Assembly (NCBI GenBank): GCA_049969675.1
Contig: JBMFOP010000024.1
Span: 1-33,403 of the forward strand
DNA from: Myxococcota bacterium
Lineage (GTDB): Bacteria > Myxococcota > SpSt-1050
Length of the DNA: 33,403 bases
Direction of reading: 5' to 3'
Below are positions 1 through 10,002 of this stretch, piece by piece (within the stretch, counting starts at the first letter, position 1; the number at the start of each line of letters is the position of its first letter). The notes beneath the pieces are model-generated. The model was not told the origin of the DNA. It was given only the letters and a program-made list of their open reading frames with translations, and did not search any database. Made by a program: the position numbers and the translations under genes.

Positions 1-56
1 CTTATCATAGGAAGATTGAAAATGACCTTTTGAATAAATATAGTGTTCTGACTCTG

Positions 57-184
57 CTAATAAACATAAGCAAGAAGAGAGGGAAAAGGCTTTAATCCAC
101 TTAATAGTCCTTGAAATAGCAAAACAAACGAGAAGATTGATAGAAAAGATATGCCAACATATTACCTAAAAATTTAGAAGTTAG
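57..184 (-). repeat. Dispersed non-coding repeat, inverted copy of 33285-33403
   Basis: The reverse complement of 91-184 aligns to 33285-33379 at about 80/95 by hand, including an exact 22-mer GCTATTTCAAGGACTATTAAGT (120..99 = 33350-33371). An exact ATGTTTATTAG also matches (67..57 = 33393-33403). Confidence 0.92.
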
Positions 185-267
185 TGTTTAATCGCAATCT
201 CTTTACAAATTATAAACTAAGCAGAAGATTTTTAACTCTTCTCGGTTTTGGCTCCACTGAATTAGTG

Positions 268-618
268 TTATGTAGATTCGTCGTCGGGGAGCGGCTCCAT
301 CTCCTCTCCCTTTTCAATATCCTCAAGAAGGGATCTTGCCTGTTCAAGTTTATCCCTATTTACATAGATTGTGTACTGTATTCCCTCTCCGGGGATTGGA
401 TAGATATGAACTGGTTCAGAATAGAGATAGCACTCTATCTGATTATCCTTAAGTACATCAGTAATAAGATTTGCCTTAAATGGACCTTCTACATCTACGA
501 GTTCTACAAATTCAATATTCTCAAATTCCTCAAGCCCTGAAACAAGCGGGACATTACAATCCGGACAACTCTCAATCTCATCTTTATAAGCCATTCTGCA
601 TTCTGGACAAAATTTCAT
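268..618 (-). CDS. Zinc-ribbon + DUF2007-like (putative signal-transducing) small protein
   Basis: N-terminal CPEC-x10-CPDC; ANLITDVLKDNQIECYL...IYVNRDKLEQARSLL pattern typical of DUF2007; AGGAGG RBS upstream. Confidence 0.75.
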   Translation of the reverse strand: MKFCPECRMAYKDEIESCPDCNVPLVSGLEEFENIEFVELVDVEGPFKANLITDVLKDNQIECYLYSEPVHIYPIPGEGIQYTIYVNRDKLEQARSLLEDIEKGEEMEPLPDDEST

Positions 619-633
619 AAAACCTCCTGATTA

Positions 634-1194
634 CTACCCCCTATACAAATTATTATCCTCAATAAACCTCAATACCTCATTACATACAAGCCCCGCAACA
701 GGGATGGACCTCTTAATATTCTCCCTGATTAATGTTGAAGAGACATCGGGCAGGACGGCTTTATAGTCTTCTGATGGTTCAACTCCCCTTCTCCTCAAAA
801 TGATTAATCTGGCGTACCCCTCTATCTTGTCAAAATCTTTCCACTGCTCTGTCTCCTGTAGTATATCAGAGCCAATTACAAAGTAGAATCTATACCCTTT
901 ATATCTCTCTACAAGGGATTTCAGGAGTTCTATTGTATATATCGGTGTATCCGTATCTTTCCCCATCTCCTCTTCAAATCTCATAACTTTAACTCTATTA
1001 CCAAAGATCTCTGCTGACATCTCACACATCTTTACCCTCATATCATATGGGGCAGACTCTTTGCCAAATGGATGTCTATATGCTGGCACCATCCATAACT
1101 CTTCTACATCAGTGGTGGCAAGTATATAGTAGCACGCCATCATATGACCTATATGTGGGGGGTCAAATGTGCCACCGAATATTGCAACTCTCAT
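634..1194 (-). CDS. nadD: Nicotinate-nucleotide adenylyltransferase
   Basis: GGTFDPPHIGH, YTIELL, IGSD, QWKD and VSSTLIRE motifs. Confidence 0.95.
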   Translation of the reverse strand: MRVAIFGGTFDPPHIGHMMACYYILATTDVEELWMVPAYRHPFGKESAPYDMRVKMCEMSAEIFGNRVKVMRFEEEMGKDTDTPIYTIELLKSLVERYKGYRFYFVIGSDILQETEQWKDFDKIEGYARLIILRRRGVEPSEDYKAVLPDVSSTLIRENIKRSIPVAGLVCNEVLRFIEDNNLYRG

Positions 1195-1203
1195 AATTCT
1201 CCT

Positions 1204-1548
1204 TTAACAGGTTAGATGGATACAAAATAAGAGTGAAGATTTATCCTCAATCTTATTAAATAACTCAACAGCCTTCTTACTCCCTGCCTCTACAAACTCA
1301 ATCCCATTTTGAAGAAGATAATTCTTAAGGTCGTCATCTATCTTCATTACAAGAAAATACCCTCTCCCGAATATAATCTTGTTGATACTTCCATCCAGAT
1401 ATCTCTCAATATCCCGCTTCTGGCAGAGATGACCTCGCTCTCTTATCCATGGGATAATCAGATTATTCCCCTGAGAGATTATAAGGTCGTCTGAGTAATC
1501 ATTTCCATCAATATTGATATTTCCGAATCTGTATTCGTGAATTTTCAT
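1204..1548 (-). CDS. Mth938-like domain protein
   Basis: MKIHEYRFGNINIDG...DLII...GH...IIFGRG...AVELFN...IHLTC. Start moved to the ATG at 1548, which matches the family N-terminus. Confidence 0.85.
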   Translation of the reverse strand: MKIHEYRFGNINIDGNDYSDDLIISQGNNLIIPWIRERGHLCQKRDIERYLDGSINKIIFGRGYFLVMKIDDDLKNYLLQNGIEFVEAGSKKAVELFNKIEDKSSLLFCIHLTC

Positions 1549-1635
1549 AGGGATAGAGATATTATCATTTCTCTCTCTTGTCAAGACTCAAATTAACTCA
1601 CTCCCATCACCATAAAATTATTAAAGTTATAAAAT

Positions 1636-2295
1636 TTATACCTTTATAATCCCCATCTCAACCGCCCTTCTCACCACCTCCGCCCTTGAGGATGTACCAA
1701 ATTTCTTATAAACCCTTGAAAGGATTGTCTTTACATATCTATATCTGATTCTCAATGCCTCACTTATCTCTCTATTTGTAAGTCCTCGAGCGAGAATCTC
1801 TATTACCTCAATCTCCTCACTATTTAGATCTATCATCTTACTGTGGGGCTGTGCCGACCTTTCACCTGAACCGAAATAGTTTAAGAATCTTCCAGCCATA
1901 TCTGGAGAGATAACCGCCCCGCCGGAGAGCACATCCGCTATTGCATCTTCAATGAACTTAATGGAGTGCTCTTTGGTGATATATCCCGATGCCCCTTCGC
2001 GAAGAGCCATAAATAATTTATCCTCGTCAGTATATGTTGTCAGAATAATTATCTCACAATCGCTTATTCTACTCTTAATCAATGGAATCAACTCAATACC
2101 ATTCCCATCGGGTAGATTTATATCCAGCAAGACTATATCACAATTAACAGTATCGTTATACCGTCTGAAATCAGATACTGAATAGAAGATATTTACTATC
2201 TCATAACTATCCTTTGATTCAAAATATTTTTTAATTGTCTGAACATATCTTTTATTATCTTCAATTATGAGGAGTTTCACCTTCTGCATATTCAA
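1636..2295 (-). CDS. NarL/LuxR-family response regulator (orphan)
   Basis: Receiver domain (IIEDN, LLDINLPDGNG, ILTT, GYITK) plus a C-terminal LuxR HTH (LARGLTNREIS). 4-bp overlap with the ispG stop. Confidence 0.93.
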   Translation of the reverse strand: MNMQKVKLLIIEDNKRYVQTIKKYFESKDSYEIVNIFYSVSDFRRYNDTVNCDIVLLDINLPDGNGIELIPLIKSRISDCEIIILTTYTDEDKLFMALREGASGYITKEHSIKFIEDAIADVLSGGAVISPDMAGRFLNYFGSGERSAQPHSKMIDLNSEEIEVIEILARGLTNREISEALRIRYRYVKTILSRVYKKFGTSSRAEVVRRAVEMGIIKV

Positions 2296-3341
2296 ATCTT
2301 CTCAATCTCACTGATAAGCACATCCACTGCCTCATCTTTAGCGATCTTCTTTACTATCTCACCCTTTTTGAATAACAGGACATCATACTTCCCAAATGCA
2401 ATTCCTATATCAGCCATCCTCGCCTCACCGGGTCCATTCACCTCACAACCCATAATAGCAACCTTTATGTCCTTCTTGATATCTCTTACCACCTTCTGAA
2501 TTCCGGATGCAACTCCTATTACATCCCCATTCGCCCTTCCACAGGTTGGACAGGAGACGATATCCACTCCACCCCTTCTCAACCCCAGTGCCTTGAGCAT
2601 ACCTTTTGCCACATCTACCTCATATATCGGCTCCGCGGTGAGAGAGACCCTGATTGTATCACCAATCCCCTGATATAGAAGAATGCCGAGTCCGGTTACA
2701 GACTTTACAGTGCCAGAGAGTAATGTCCCTGCCTCTGTGATTCCGAGATGAAGCGGATAATCGTAGATCTCCGAAAATCGCTCATATACCTCAATAGTCT
2801 CCATAACACTGCTGCTCTTGAGCGAAAGTTTTATATTTCCAAAATTATTTGCACTAAAAAGATCTATATATTTTCCAGCAGTATAAAGCATTGCATCTAC
2901 AATCTTGTAGTCACTCTGTAATTCCTTTGGAAGTGAACCGCTATTTACCCCGATCCTTATTACTGAATTATTATCAGATGCCGCTTTAATAATCTCCTTT
3001 ACCTTTTCATTTGAACCAATATTACCCGGATTGATTCTGATGCCATCAGCCCCGTTCTTAATTGATAGAATAGCGAGCCTATAATCAAAGTGAATATCGG
3101 CAACAAGTGGCACATCCGGGAGCTCTGCCTTGATTCTCTTTATTGATAGGGCAGCCTCTTCATTATTTGCTGCAACTCTCACAATATCACATCCTGAGCT
3201 CACCAGCTCCTTGATCTGAGGAATTGTGTTCTCAATATCTTCGGTTCGGGTATTGCACATAGACTGAATTGAGATATCAGAATCCCCTCCGATAAATACC
3301 CTTCCGAGTCTAATCTTTCTGGTCTTGCGTCTGATAATCAA
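2292..3341 (-). CDS. ispG: 4-hydroxy-3-methylbut-2-enyl diphosphate synthase (MEP pathway)
   Basis: IQSMCNT, ADIHFD, RINPGNIG, IRIGVNSGSL, HLGITEAG, GIGDTIRVSLT, SCPTCGR and MGCEVNGPGE motifs. Confidence 0.97.
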   Translation of the reverse strand: MIIRRKTRKIRLGRVFIGGDSDISIQSMCNTRTEDIENTIPQIKELVSSGCDIVRVAANNEEAALSIKRIKAELPDVPLVADIHFDYRLAILSIKNGADGIRINPGNIGSNEKVKEIIKAASDNNSVIRIGVNSGSLPKELQSDYKIVDAMLYTAGKYIDLFSANNFGNIKLSLKSSSVMETIEVYERFSEIYDYPLHLGITEAGTLLSGTVKSVTGLGILLYQGIGDTIRVSLTAEPIYEVDVAKGMLKALGLRRGGVDIVSCPTCGRANGDVIGVASGIQKVVRDIKKDIKVAIMGCEVNGPGEARMADIGIAFGKYDVLLFKKGEIVKKIAKDEAVDVLISEIEKI

Positions 3342-4108
3342 TAATCTTCACCGCCTTCTTCGGCATTATTTTCAAATTCCTTCTGCATCTTTATTGCCTT
3401 CTTCTGTATCTCTATCGCCTTCTTCTGCATATTCATCATCACTTTTCCAGCCTCATCAAGCGACTCATTTATATCTGGCTCGCCACTCTGAGTAGAACCC
3501 GGTGCGGTCGCAGGATTTGAATTTATAGTACCTGTATTCTGAGGTTGTTCATAACTATTCACCCGTGCAGGTGCCGGCTTGAATTGAATCTTATGGTGCC
3601 CTGCAGGTTCGGGTGGCTTTGAGAGGGGTTTATTATATTCATCTATGGCTGCAAGTATCTTCTTTAAGATATCCTTTCTTGTCTCGGGGTCCAGATCAGA
3701 GACCTTAATCTGTTTTGTAAGTGCGTATACAGTAGTAAATGTCTTATTAATTCTGTCCTTCCTCTCCTTATATTCCTGTGTGGTCAATTTGCAGGTATTA
3801 TAATCATTGCAGAGACTGACCTGCTGGTCCTTCAAGAATTGCATAAACTCACTCGCCTCCTGCAGGACCTTTGTCTCACTCTTATAACTCCCCTCTGCCG
3901 TTGCTATCTGTGTAGCCGACACCTTTGCATTGACATTTAAATCCTCTGCCTGATACTTTATTACATTCTCTCTGCAATTCTCTCTTACAATCAGACCGAT
4001 CGGTTCGGGACATTGATATTCAGAATATTGATACTCGGTTGGGACATAATTGGGCGATGGGCAGGCAAAGGCTGCTAATAGAATCGCTGACAACAAAAGA
4101 ACTCTCAT
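3338..4108 (-). CDS. Hypothetical lipoprotein
   Basis: Start moved to 4108 (AGGAGGT RBS). Signal MRVLLLSAILLAAFA-C; Pro/Ser/Thr-rich linker and C-terminal coiled coil. Confidence 0.8.
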   Translation of the reverse strand: MRVLLLSAILLAAFACPSPNYVPTEYQYSEYQCPEPIGLIVRENCRENVIKYQAEDLNVNAKVSATQIATAEGSYKSETKVLQEASEFMQFLKDQQVSLCNDYNTCKLTTQEYKERKDRINKTFTTVYALTKQIKVSDLDPETRKDILKKILAAIDEYNKPLSKPPEPAGHHKIQFKPAPARVNSYEQPQNTGTINSNPATAPGSTQSGEPDINESLDEAGKVMMNMQKKAIEIQKKAIKMQKEFENNAEEGGEDY

Positions 4109-4170
4109 CAAATACCTCCTGATTGGCAGTAAATTACCACTTAAAATAGAGATAGTCAATTCCCGGATAC

Positions 4171-5109
4171 TCAAAAATGCTTGAATGGCTTGTAGTTATT
4201 CTTTAAGCCAGAGATTCTTATACCACTTTTATTCTCTATCATCCCGATAACAGAAAATTCAGACTCCTCAATGACTTTGGCTGGTGTATCTCTTCTTAAA
4301 GTGACGAGGATTCTATAATCCTCTCCTCCTGCGAGAATAAACCTATAAATGTCAAGACGATTATTTTTACAATATTCTATCAGTGCACGGGATACCGGGA
4401 TCCTCTCTTTCCATAGAACTGCGCCACATCTGCTCTTTTCAAGTATATGACTTAAATCCCCAATAAGCCCATCACTTATATCTATAGAAGATGTTACATA
4501 ATTCCAGATTCTATATTCAGAAAATGACCTCACATCAGGGAGCAGAAAGGAATTTATAAAACTACTATATTTTGTCCTTCTCTTCTGATTTGTGAGAAGG
4601 ATATTAAGTCCGCAGGCGGCATCTCCGAGCTTCCCGCTCACCGCAATCATATCTCCACTTTTTGCACCATCTCTTCTTTTGAGTTTTCCTCGCTCAACTT
4701 TTCCTATCAATACAAGGTCAAAGAACATATCATCTTTAGCTGATGAAACATTTCCTCCAATCAACTGTATTTTATTTCTCTCAAGCTCATAAATTACTCC
4801 ATCAACATATCTATTTACAAATGCCCCTCTTTTTTTATAATCAATCCCGATTGAGAGCAGTGCATATAGAGGAACTCCACCCTTTGAATATATATCCGAT
4901 ATATTGACCCTGACCAGCCTTCTCCCTAAGAGTCTTGAAGAACCCCACTCTCTTTTAAAATGTATATTTTCAACAGCCGAATCCACTGTAACAAGTAGAT
5001 TTCTACTCTCATCTATTAGTGCACAGTCATCACCTATACCAATGAGGACATTCTTATTTCTTACTCTGATCTTCTTCCTGATACTCTCTATAAAATCAAA
5101 CTCAGACAT
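4171..5109 (-). CDS. thiL: Thiamine-monophosphate kinase
   Basis: MSEFDFI, GIGDDCA, IHF, NISDI, GGN, DISDGLIGDLSHI, GGEDY and C-terminal FKHF. Confidence 0.96.
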   Translation of the reverse strand: MSEFDFIESIRKKIRVRNKNVLIGIGDDCALIDESRNLLVTVDSAVENIHFKREWGSSRLLGRRLVRVNISDIYSKGGVPLYALLSIGIDYKKRGAFVNRYVDGVIYELERNKIQLIGGNVSSAKDDMFFDLVLIGKVERGKLKRRDGAKSGDMIAVSGKLGDAACGLNILLTNQKRRTKYSSFINSFLLPDVRSFSEYRIWNYVTSSIDISDGLIGDLSHILEKSRCGAVLWKERIPVSRALIEYCKNNRLDIYRFILAGGEDYRILVTLRRDTPAKVIEESEFSVIGMIENKSGIRISGLKNNYKPFKHF

Positions 5110-5352
5110 AAACTACCATTTACCTCCTGATACATAGCTCTCGCTTTCTGGTATTTTAATAAGATTTGCGGCATTTATAGTTTAACAGACTTCAATATTG
5201 ATGCCTTCATTATAATCATCAATATACTACTCCCGGATTCAAATTTTTGATTATTCAGAGACCATAAATACATTGGAAAATTCTTTCAGTCCTATCTACA
5301 ATCTCTTCTCAAATTTGTAAAGCCACCATTGAGACTACAACGATATTAAACC

Positions 5353-7476
5353 CTACTTCAATTCCTCTTCAGTAAGAGAGATTGAAACCGGGAATTCTTC
5401 CTGTGGTTTGAGTGTCATCTCAAATAACAAAATGAATGAAGAGCCCTGATAGGTCTTCTCAAAGCCGTCTTCAGAGAGAGACACCGTCTGTATTGGATAG
5501 TGCCAGAGGCTGAATATCCTGTCCGAAGAAAGTATAAAGTTCCGCCTGAGATATCCATCCGAGAGCCAGAATCGTGAGATACCAATTGCAGTAATTATAT
5601 CTTTGAACTTCTCATTCCTCACATTCTCCGATGGAATGACCAGAGACCTGTCAGGGGCATCATCTGCCAGCAGAGAGAGATTGAGTTCAACAGCAAAATA
5701 ACAATCAATATTCTTACCTGAAGAATTTTTTATTCTGTAATTGACACCAAGTTCTGGTCTTGAGGCAGAGAGCTTAAATTTCTTCTGCATATTAACAGGG
5801 AGATCCTCTCCATCTATTCTTACAACCCCATCGGACTCACACTCCACATAGGCAGCGCCCCTTCTATCCTTCCTCCTATAGGTATAAGGTGCATCAATGA
5901 GGCTCCCGAGTTCTACATAACTCCCATTATACATTGAATTGACATCCACACCCTTACCCAGGAAGTGATCCATAAATGAGTATCTCTGATATCTGTCATA
6001 TATTAGAAAATTCTCAAGCCCACTCTCCTTGCTCCTCACAACTTCATGAATAGATTTTACTCCACCACTACCCGTATTATCCTGATTTATCAGGAGTTTA
6101 TGGTGATACCCTTCAGCCCTTCTTGTAAGGACATTCGTAAGACAGAAGCAAACATCCTTGAAATCTATCTCTTCTATAACTGCCCCTTTTAAGGGTTTGA
6201 TAATACAATATATATCATTTGAATCCAGAGTAATCTCATTATTAAGGTCATCATCGGTATCAACTATTTCAGAGACAGCCCATTGACCTCCTCTATACTC
6301 ATCTATTATACGATGTGCCGCGATCGCATTCTGATATAACGCATTCCTGAGATGATTGAGATATAGACCACCAAAGAGCCCATGCCAGTATGAACAATTA
6401 CACTGTGCCATATATATATGCCTTTTAGCCTCTTTGCTCACTTTTACACTCTTTATAGAATCAATTCTCTCTGAAAGTTTTAATACCCTCCTGTAAATCC
6501 TGTTGGATTCAGGATATTTGGAGAGAAAGTTTAACCAGATGCCTCCACGAACAAATGGCTCATACCTCTGATAGAGATTGTTATCTTTGAGGTATTTTAT
6601 GAATTCTTCATAGAGCGGGATTGCATCAGCAGGGAGTGACCACTCCATCATCTCCTGATAAGAGGCTGTTGGGAGGAATATCCTATCTGTAGGGGCATAC
6701 TGAGAGATAAAATCAGATGGCAAAGTCATATTTAACCATGAATCATTATTTGAGATAGTTTCAAAGAAGCGGACAAGCCAGCCCTGTTCATATACCCACT
6801 CAAATGTCCTGGGCCAGATACCAAACTTCTCGCCATCATCTCCATAACATATACCTGCAAATCCCCTATTATGGGCGTCTCTCAAAACCTTTAGAGTCTC
6901 TTCAGGTTCTGCAAATGGGATTGCATATCTGAGTTTTTGAGAAATCGGATAGATGAGTAAAACCTTCCCAGCCTTATCTGTAATATAGTAACCACCCAGT
7001 TCATCAATCCTCTTTCCTGCATAGGCAAAATGGGCATCATCAACGAGAGTATATTCAATCCCTGTACCATCCAGCAATGCAGGGAGTGCAGGCTCCCATA
7101 CCCTCTCAGTAAGCCACATCCCCTTAGGGGTCTGATTAAACTTTTCAGAAATAAAATCGTTCATCATCTTTATCTGACCAACTATATCCTTCTGAGAGAG
7201 GATTGAGAGCATCGGCTCATAGAAACCACCTGATAGAATCTCAACTCTGTGGTCATCGCATAGCGCCCTCAGTCTCTCTATAAATTCAGGTCTCTCTTTG
7301 AGTATCCATTCGTATATAGGACCCGAGATATGCAAACCTATTCTTATCTTTGGATACCTCTCAAGGACATCTATAAAAGGTTTATAGCTCCTCTCATAAG
7401 CCATTTCAAAGACATTATCAAAGTTACCAACAGGTTGATGATTGTGTATTACAAAAATCAAATTCATCTTATCCAT
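5353..7476 (-). CDS. GH57 alpha-amylase / 4-alpha-glucanotransferase
   Basis: HNHQPVGNF, GGFYEP, GMWLTERVWEP, GDDGEKFGIWP, AQCNCSYWHGLFGGLY and SEDGFEKTYQG. Start moved to 7476 (GGAGGA RBS; removes the overlap with pdp). Confidence 0.93.
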   Translation of the reverse strand: MDKMNLIFVIHNHQPVGNFDNVFEMAYERSYKPFIDVLERYPKIRIGLHISGPIYEWILKERPEFIERLRALCDDHRVEILSGGFYEPMLSILSQKDIVGQIKMMNDFISEKFNQTPKGMWLTERVWEPALPALLDGTGIEYTLVDDAHFAYAGKRIDELGGYYITDKAGKVLLIYPISQKLRYAIPFAEPEETLKVLRDAHNRGFAGICYGDDGEKFGIWPRTFEWVYEQGWLVRFFETISNNDSWLNMTLPSDFISQYAPTDRIFLPTASYQEMMEWSLPADAIPLYEEFIKYLKDNNLYQRYEPFVRGGIWLNFLSKYPESNRIYRRVLKLSERIDSIKSVKVSKEAKRHIYMAQCNCSYWHGLFGGLYLNHLRNALYQNAIAAHRIIDEYRGGQWAVSEIVDTDDDLNNEITLDSNDIYCIIKPLKGAVIEEIDFKDVCFCLTNVLTRRAEGYHHKLLINQDNTGSGGVKSIHEVVRSKESGLENFLIYDRYQRYSFMDHFLGKGVDVNSMYNGSYVELGSLIDAPYTYRRKDRRGAAYVECESDGVVRIDGEDLPVNMQKKFKLSASRPELGVNYRIKNSSGKNIDCYFAVELNLSLLADDAPDRSLVIPSENVRNEKFKDIITAIGISRFWLSDGYLRRNFILSSDRIFSLWHYPIQTVSLSEDGFEKTYQGSSFILLFEMTLKPQEEFPVSISLTEEELK

Positions 7477-7498
7477 AAATTCCTCCATAAAGAAGATT

Positions 7499-8818
7499 CT
7501 ATCTAATAATCTCTTTAATGAGTTTTGGAGGTTTGACTGGCTTCCTATCAATCTTATACGCCTTATCCAGTCTGAACTGAACTGATTCAAGGACCTCTTT
7601 AATACGTTCACAATCATTATAATGAATTACAAGTAATGGGTCACCTTTGTTTACCTTATCCCCAACCTTCTTTAAGAGCACAAAACCAACAGCGTGATCT
7701 ATCTTTGAATCCACCTTCTCCCTTCCCGCCCCGAGCGACATCGCCGCAAGCCCAACCTCCTCTGCATTTATCTCCTGAATAATACCTTTCTGTTTAGCGA
7801 TAAATATCTTTGTATGTTTTGCCTGAGGAAGCTTTGTATAATCATCCACAACAGATGGGTCTCCACCCTGCGCCTCTATCATCTCTTTCATCTTGATTAA
7901 AGCCTCACCAGATACAATCGCATTTGCAACCCGAGCCCTTGCCTCCTGCATATTCTCAACCACCTTCCCGAGAAGAAGCATATGCGCAGCCAGCTCACAG
8001 GAGAGGTTTGAGAGGTCATTCAACACCTTCCCTTTAAGAATATCAAAACACTCTATCATCTCAAGTGCATTCCCAACATTCTGACCAAGTGGCTGGTTCA
8101 TATCTGTAATAAGTGCCACTACCTTCTTATTCATTCTCTTTCCAAGATTTACCATAGTCTGTGCCAAGGCCCTCGCATCTTTCATAGTCTTCATAAATGC
8201 ACCGAGACCAACCTTGACATCCAGAACAAGCCCATCAATCCCCTCAGAGACCTTCTTGCTCATAATAGAGGAACTTATCAATTGAATAGACTCTACCGTC
8301 CCGGTGACATCCCTTAATGCATAGAGCTTCTTGTCAGCAGGAACCAGATTTTTGGTCTGCCCGATCAGACATATCCTGTGCCTCTGCAGGATAGAGACAA
8401 AGTCCTTATTTGATATATCCGTCTTTATGCCGGGGATAGATTCAAGTTTGTCAAGTGTCCCTCCTGTATGTCCGAGCCCTCTACCAGATATCATAGGAAC
8501 CACCACACCACAGGCAGCTGCAATAGGTGCCAGAATAAACGAGGTCTTATCTCCAACTCCACCCGTGGAGTGTTTATCTACCTTTGGGAGCTTTATGGAG
8601 GAGAGGTCTATTACCTCACCTGTCTTTATCATAGCATTTGTCCATTCCAGAAGCTCCCTCTCATTGAGACCATTAAAGTATATCGCCATAAGTAGTGCTG
8701 AAATCTGATAATCAGGTATCTCCCCTTTTGTATATCCATTTATTATCCATTTTATTTCATCGGCGGCCAATTCCTTCTTATCTCTCTTCTTCTTGATTAA
8801 CTCATACATCCTATACAT
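7499..8818 (-). CDS. pdp: Pyrimidine-nucleoside / thymidine phosphorylase
   Basis: VDKHSTGGVGDK, MISGRGLGHTGGTLDKLESIPG, LYALRDVTGTV, SIMSKK and LGAGR. Confidence 0.96.
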   Translation of the reverse strand: MYRMYELIKKKRDKKELAADEIKWIINGYTKGEIPDYQISALLMAIYFNGLNERELLEWTNAMIKTGEVIDLSSIKLPKVDKHSTGGVGDKTSFILAPIAAACGVVVPMISGRGLGHTGGTLDKLESIPGIKTDISNKDFVSILQRHRICLIGQTKNLVPADKKLYALRDVTGTVESIQLISSSIMSKKVSEGIDGLVLDVKVGLGAFMKTMKDARALAQTMVNLGKRMNKKVVALITDMNQPLGQNVGNALEMIECFDILKGKVLNDLSNLSCELAAHMLLLGKVVENMQEARARVANAIVSGEALIKMKEMIEAQGGDPSVVDDYTKLPQAKHTKIFIAKQKGIIQEINAEEVGLAAMSLGAGREKVDSKIDHAVGFVLLKKVGDKVNKGDPLLVIHYNDCERIKEVLESVQFRLDKAYKIDRKPVKPPKLIKEIIR

Positions 8819-8831
8819 CTCTTAACTCTCC

Positions 8832-10001
8832 TTATTTTAGTTCGTTTAAAAATGACCTTCCAGAGAAGTCACCTTTCAAATCAAACCACTCAAGTAATGT
8901 CAGGGCTATATCAGAGAAGGTATCTCTAATACCCAGAAATATGCCATTTTTCAGAGACGGTGAATAGACAAGAAGTGGGACACGCTCTCTCGTATGGTCA
9001 GTATGTCTCTCAAATGTCGGGTCACAGCCGTGATCTGCCGTAATTATTAAAATAGACTCATCATCAATTCTCTTCATAATCTCTATCAGGTGCTCATCAA
9101 AATATTCAAGTGCCTTTGCATAGCCTTCCACATCTCTACGGTGACCATAGACCATATCATAATCTACAAGATTTACAAATATCAGACCCCGTTTGCGTGA
9201 AATTATCTCAATCGTCTTATTTATCCCATCAGCATTCCCATCTGTGTGGATGGATTCTGTCACACCACGCCCGGCAAATATATCATAGATCTTCCCTATC
9301 CCGGTCACATCTATACCTGACTCTGAGAGGATATCCAGTGCTGTCTTGTGAGGAGGTAGCATAGAGAAATCTTTTCTATTATATGTCCTCTTAAAAGAGC
9401 CAGCCTGCCCGACAAAAGGCCTTGCTATTACCCTCCCAATCCTCAATCTATCGCATATTTCTCTTGCTATCTCACAGGCTTTATAGAGCTCCTCAAGAGG
9501 AATAACATCCTCGTGTGCTGCAATCTGAAAGACTGAATCGGCTGAGGTATATACAATCCACTTTCCGGTATTAATATGTTCTGCCCCGAGTTCCTCAATA
9601 ATAGCGGTTCCGCTCGCAGCCCTGTTTCCGAGAACTCCCCTCTGTGTCCTTCTCTCAAACTCTTTAATTACCTCCTCTGGGAAACCATCAGGGAAGGTAG
9701 CAAAAGGCTCATTCAGTATAACACCACACATCTCCCAGTGCCCTGTAGTTGTATCCTTACCTTTACTCTTCTCCATAAGAATTCCGAATGAACCCGATGG
9801 AGACTCAATTCGTGGAATTCCCTTTACAAAATCACCTATAATATATCCGAGCCCCAGCGATGCGAGGTTTTCAAGGTTTAAATATCCCCTCTTTCGGGCA
9901 AGATTCAATACAGTATTTGCACCGTAATCTCCATAATTATCAGCATCTGGCATAGCCCCGATCCCCACACTATCAAGGACAATCAATACAGCCTGCCTCA
10001 T
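8832..10001 (-). CDS. deoB: Phosphopentomutase
   Basis: LDSVGIGAMPDA, GKDTTTGHWE, YTSADSVFQIAAHE, RVIARPF, YGHRRD, TADHGCDP and TDHTRE. Confidence 0.97.
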   Translation of the reverse strand: MRQAVLIVLDSVGIGAMPDADNYGDYGANTVLNLARKRGYLNLENLASLGLGYIIGDFVKGIPRIESPSGSFGILMEKSKGKDTTTGHWEMCGVILNEPFATFPDGFPEEVIKEFERRTQRGVLGNRAASGTAIIEELGAEHINTGKWIVYTSADSVFQIAAHEDVIPLEELYKACEIAREICDRLRIGRVIARPFVGQAGSFKRTYNRKDFSMLPPHKTALDILSESGIDVTGIGKIYDIFAGRGVTESIHTDGNADGINKTIEIISRKRGLIFVNLVDYDMVYGHRRDVEGYAKALEYFDEHLIEIMKRIDDESILIITADHGCDPTFERHTDHTRERVPLLVYSPSLKNGIFLGIRDTFSDIALTLLEWFDLKGDFSGRSFLNELK

Positions 10002-10002
10002 A

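Noticed and set aside
184..540. 118-aa + strand ORF
   Set aside because: Antisense to the DUF2007 gene and overlapping the repeat flank; no recognisable motif.
5261..5325. Possible additional decayed copy of the dispersed repeat (CAATCTCTT..CAAATT..TAAA, like 195-216)
   Set aside because: Too short and AT-rich to support by eye; needs a profile search.
7477..7617. N-terminal extensions in the ORF track (GH57; likewise Mth938, the 278-aa, hsp20, 1101-aa and 354-aa ORFs)
   Set aside because: Downstream ATGs have better RBSs, match family N-termini or remove overlaps with neighbouring genes.
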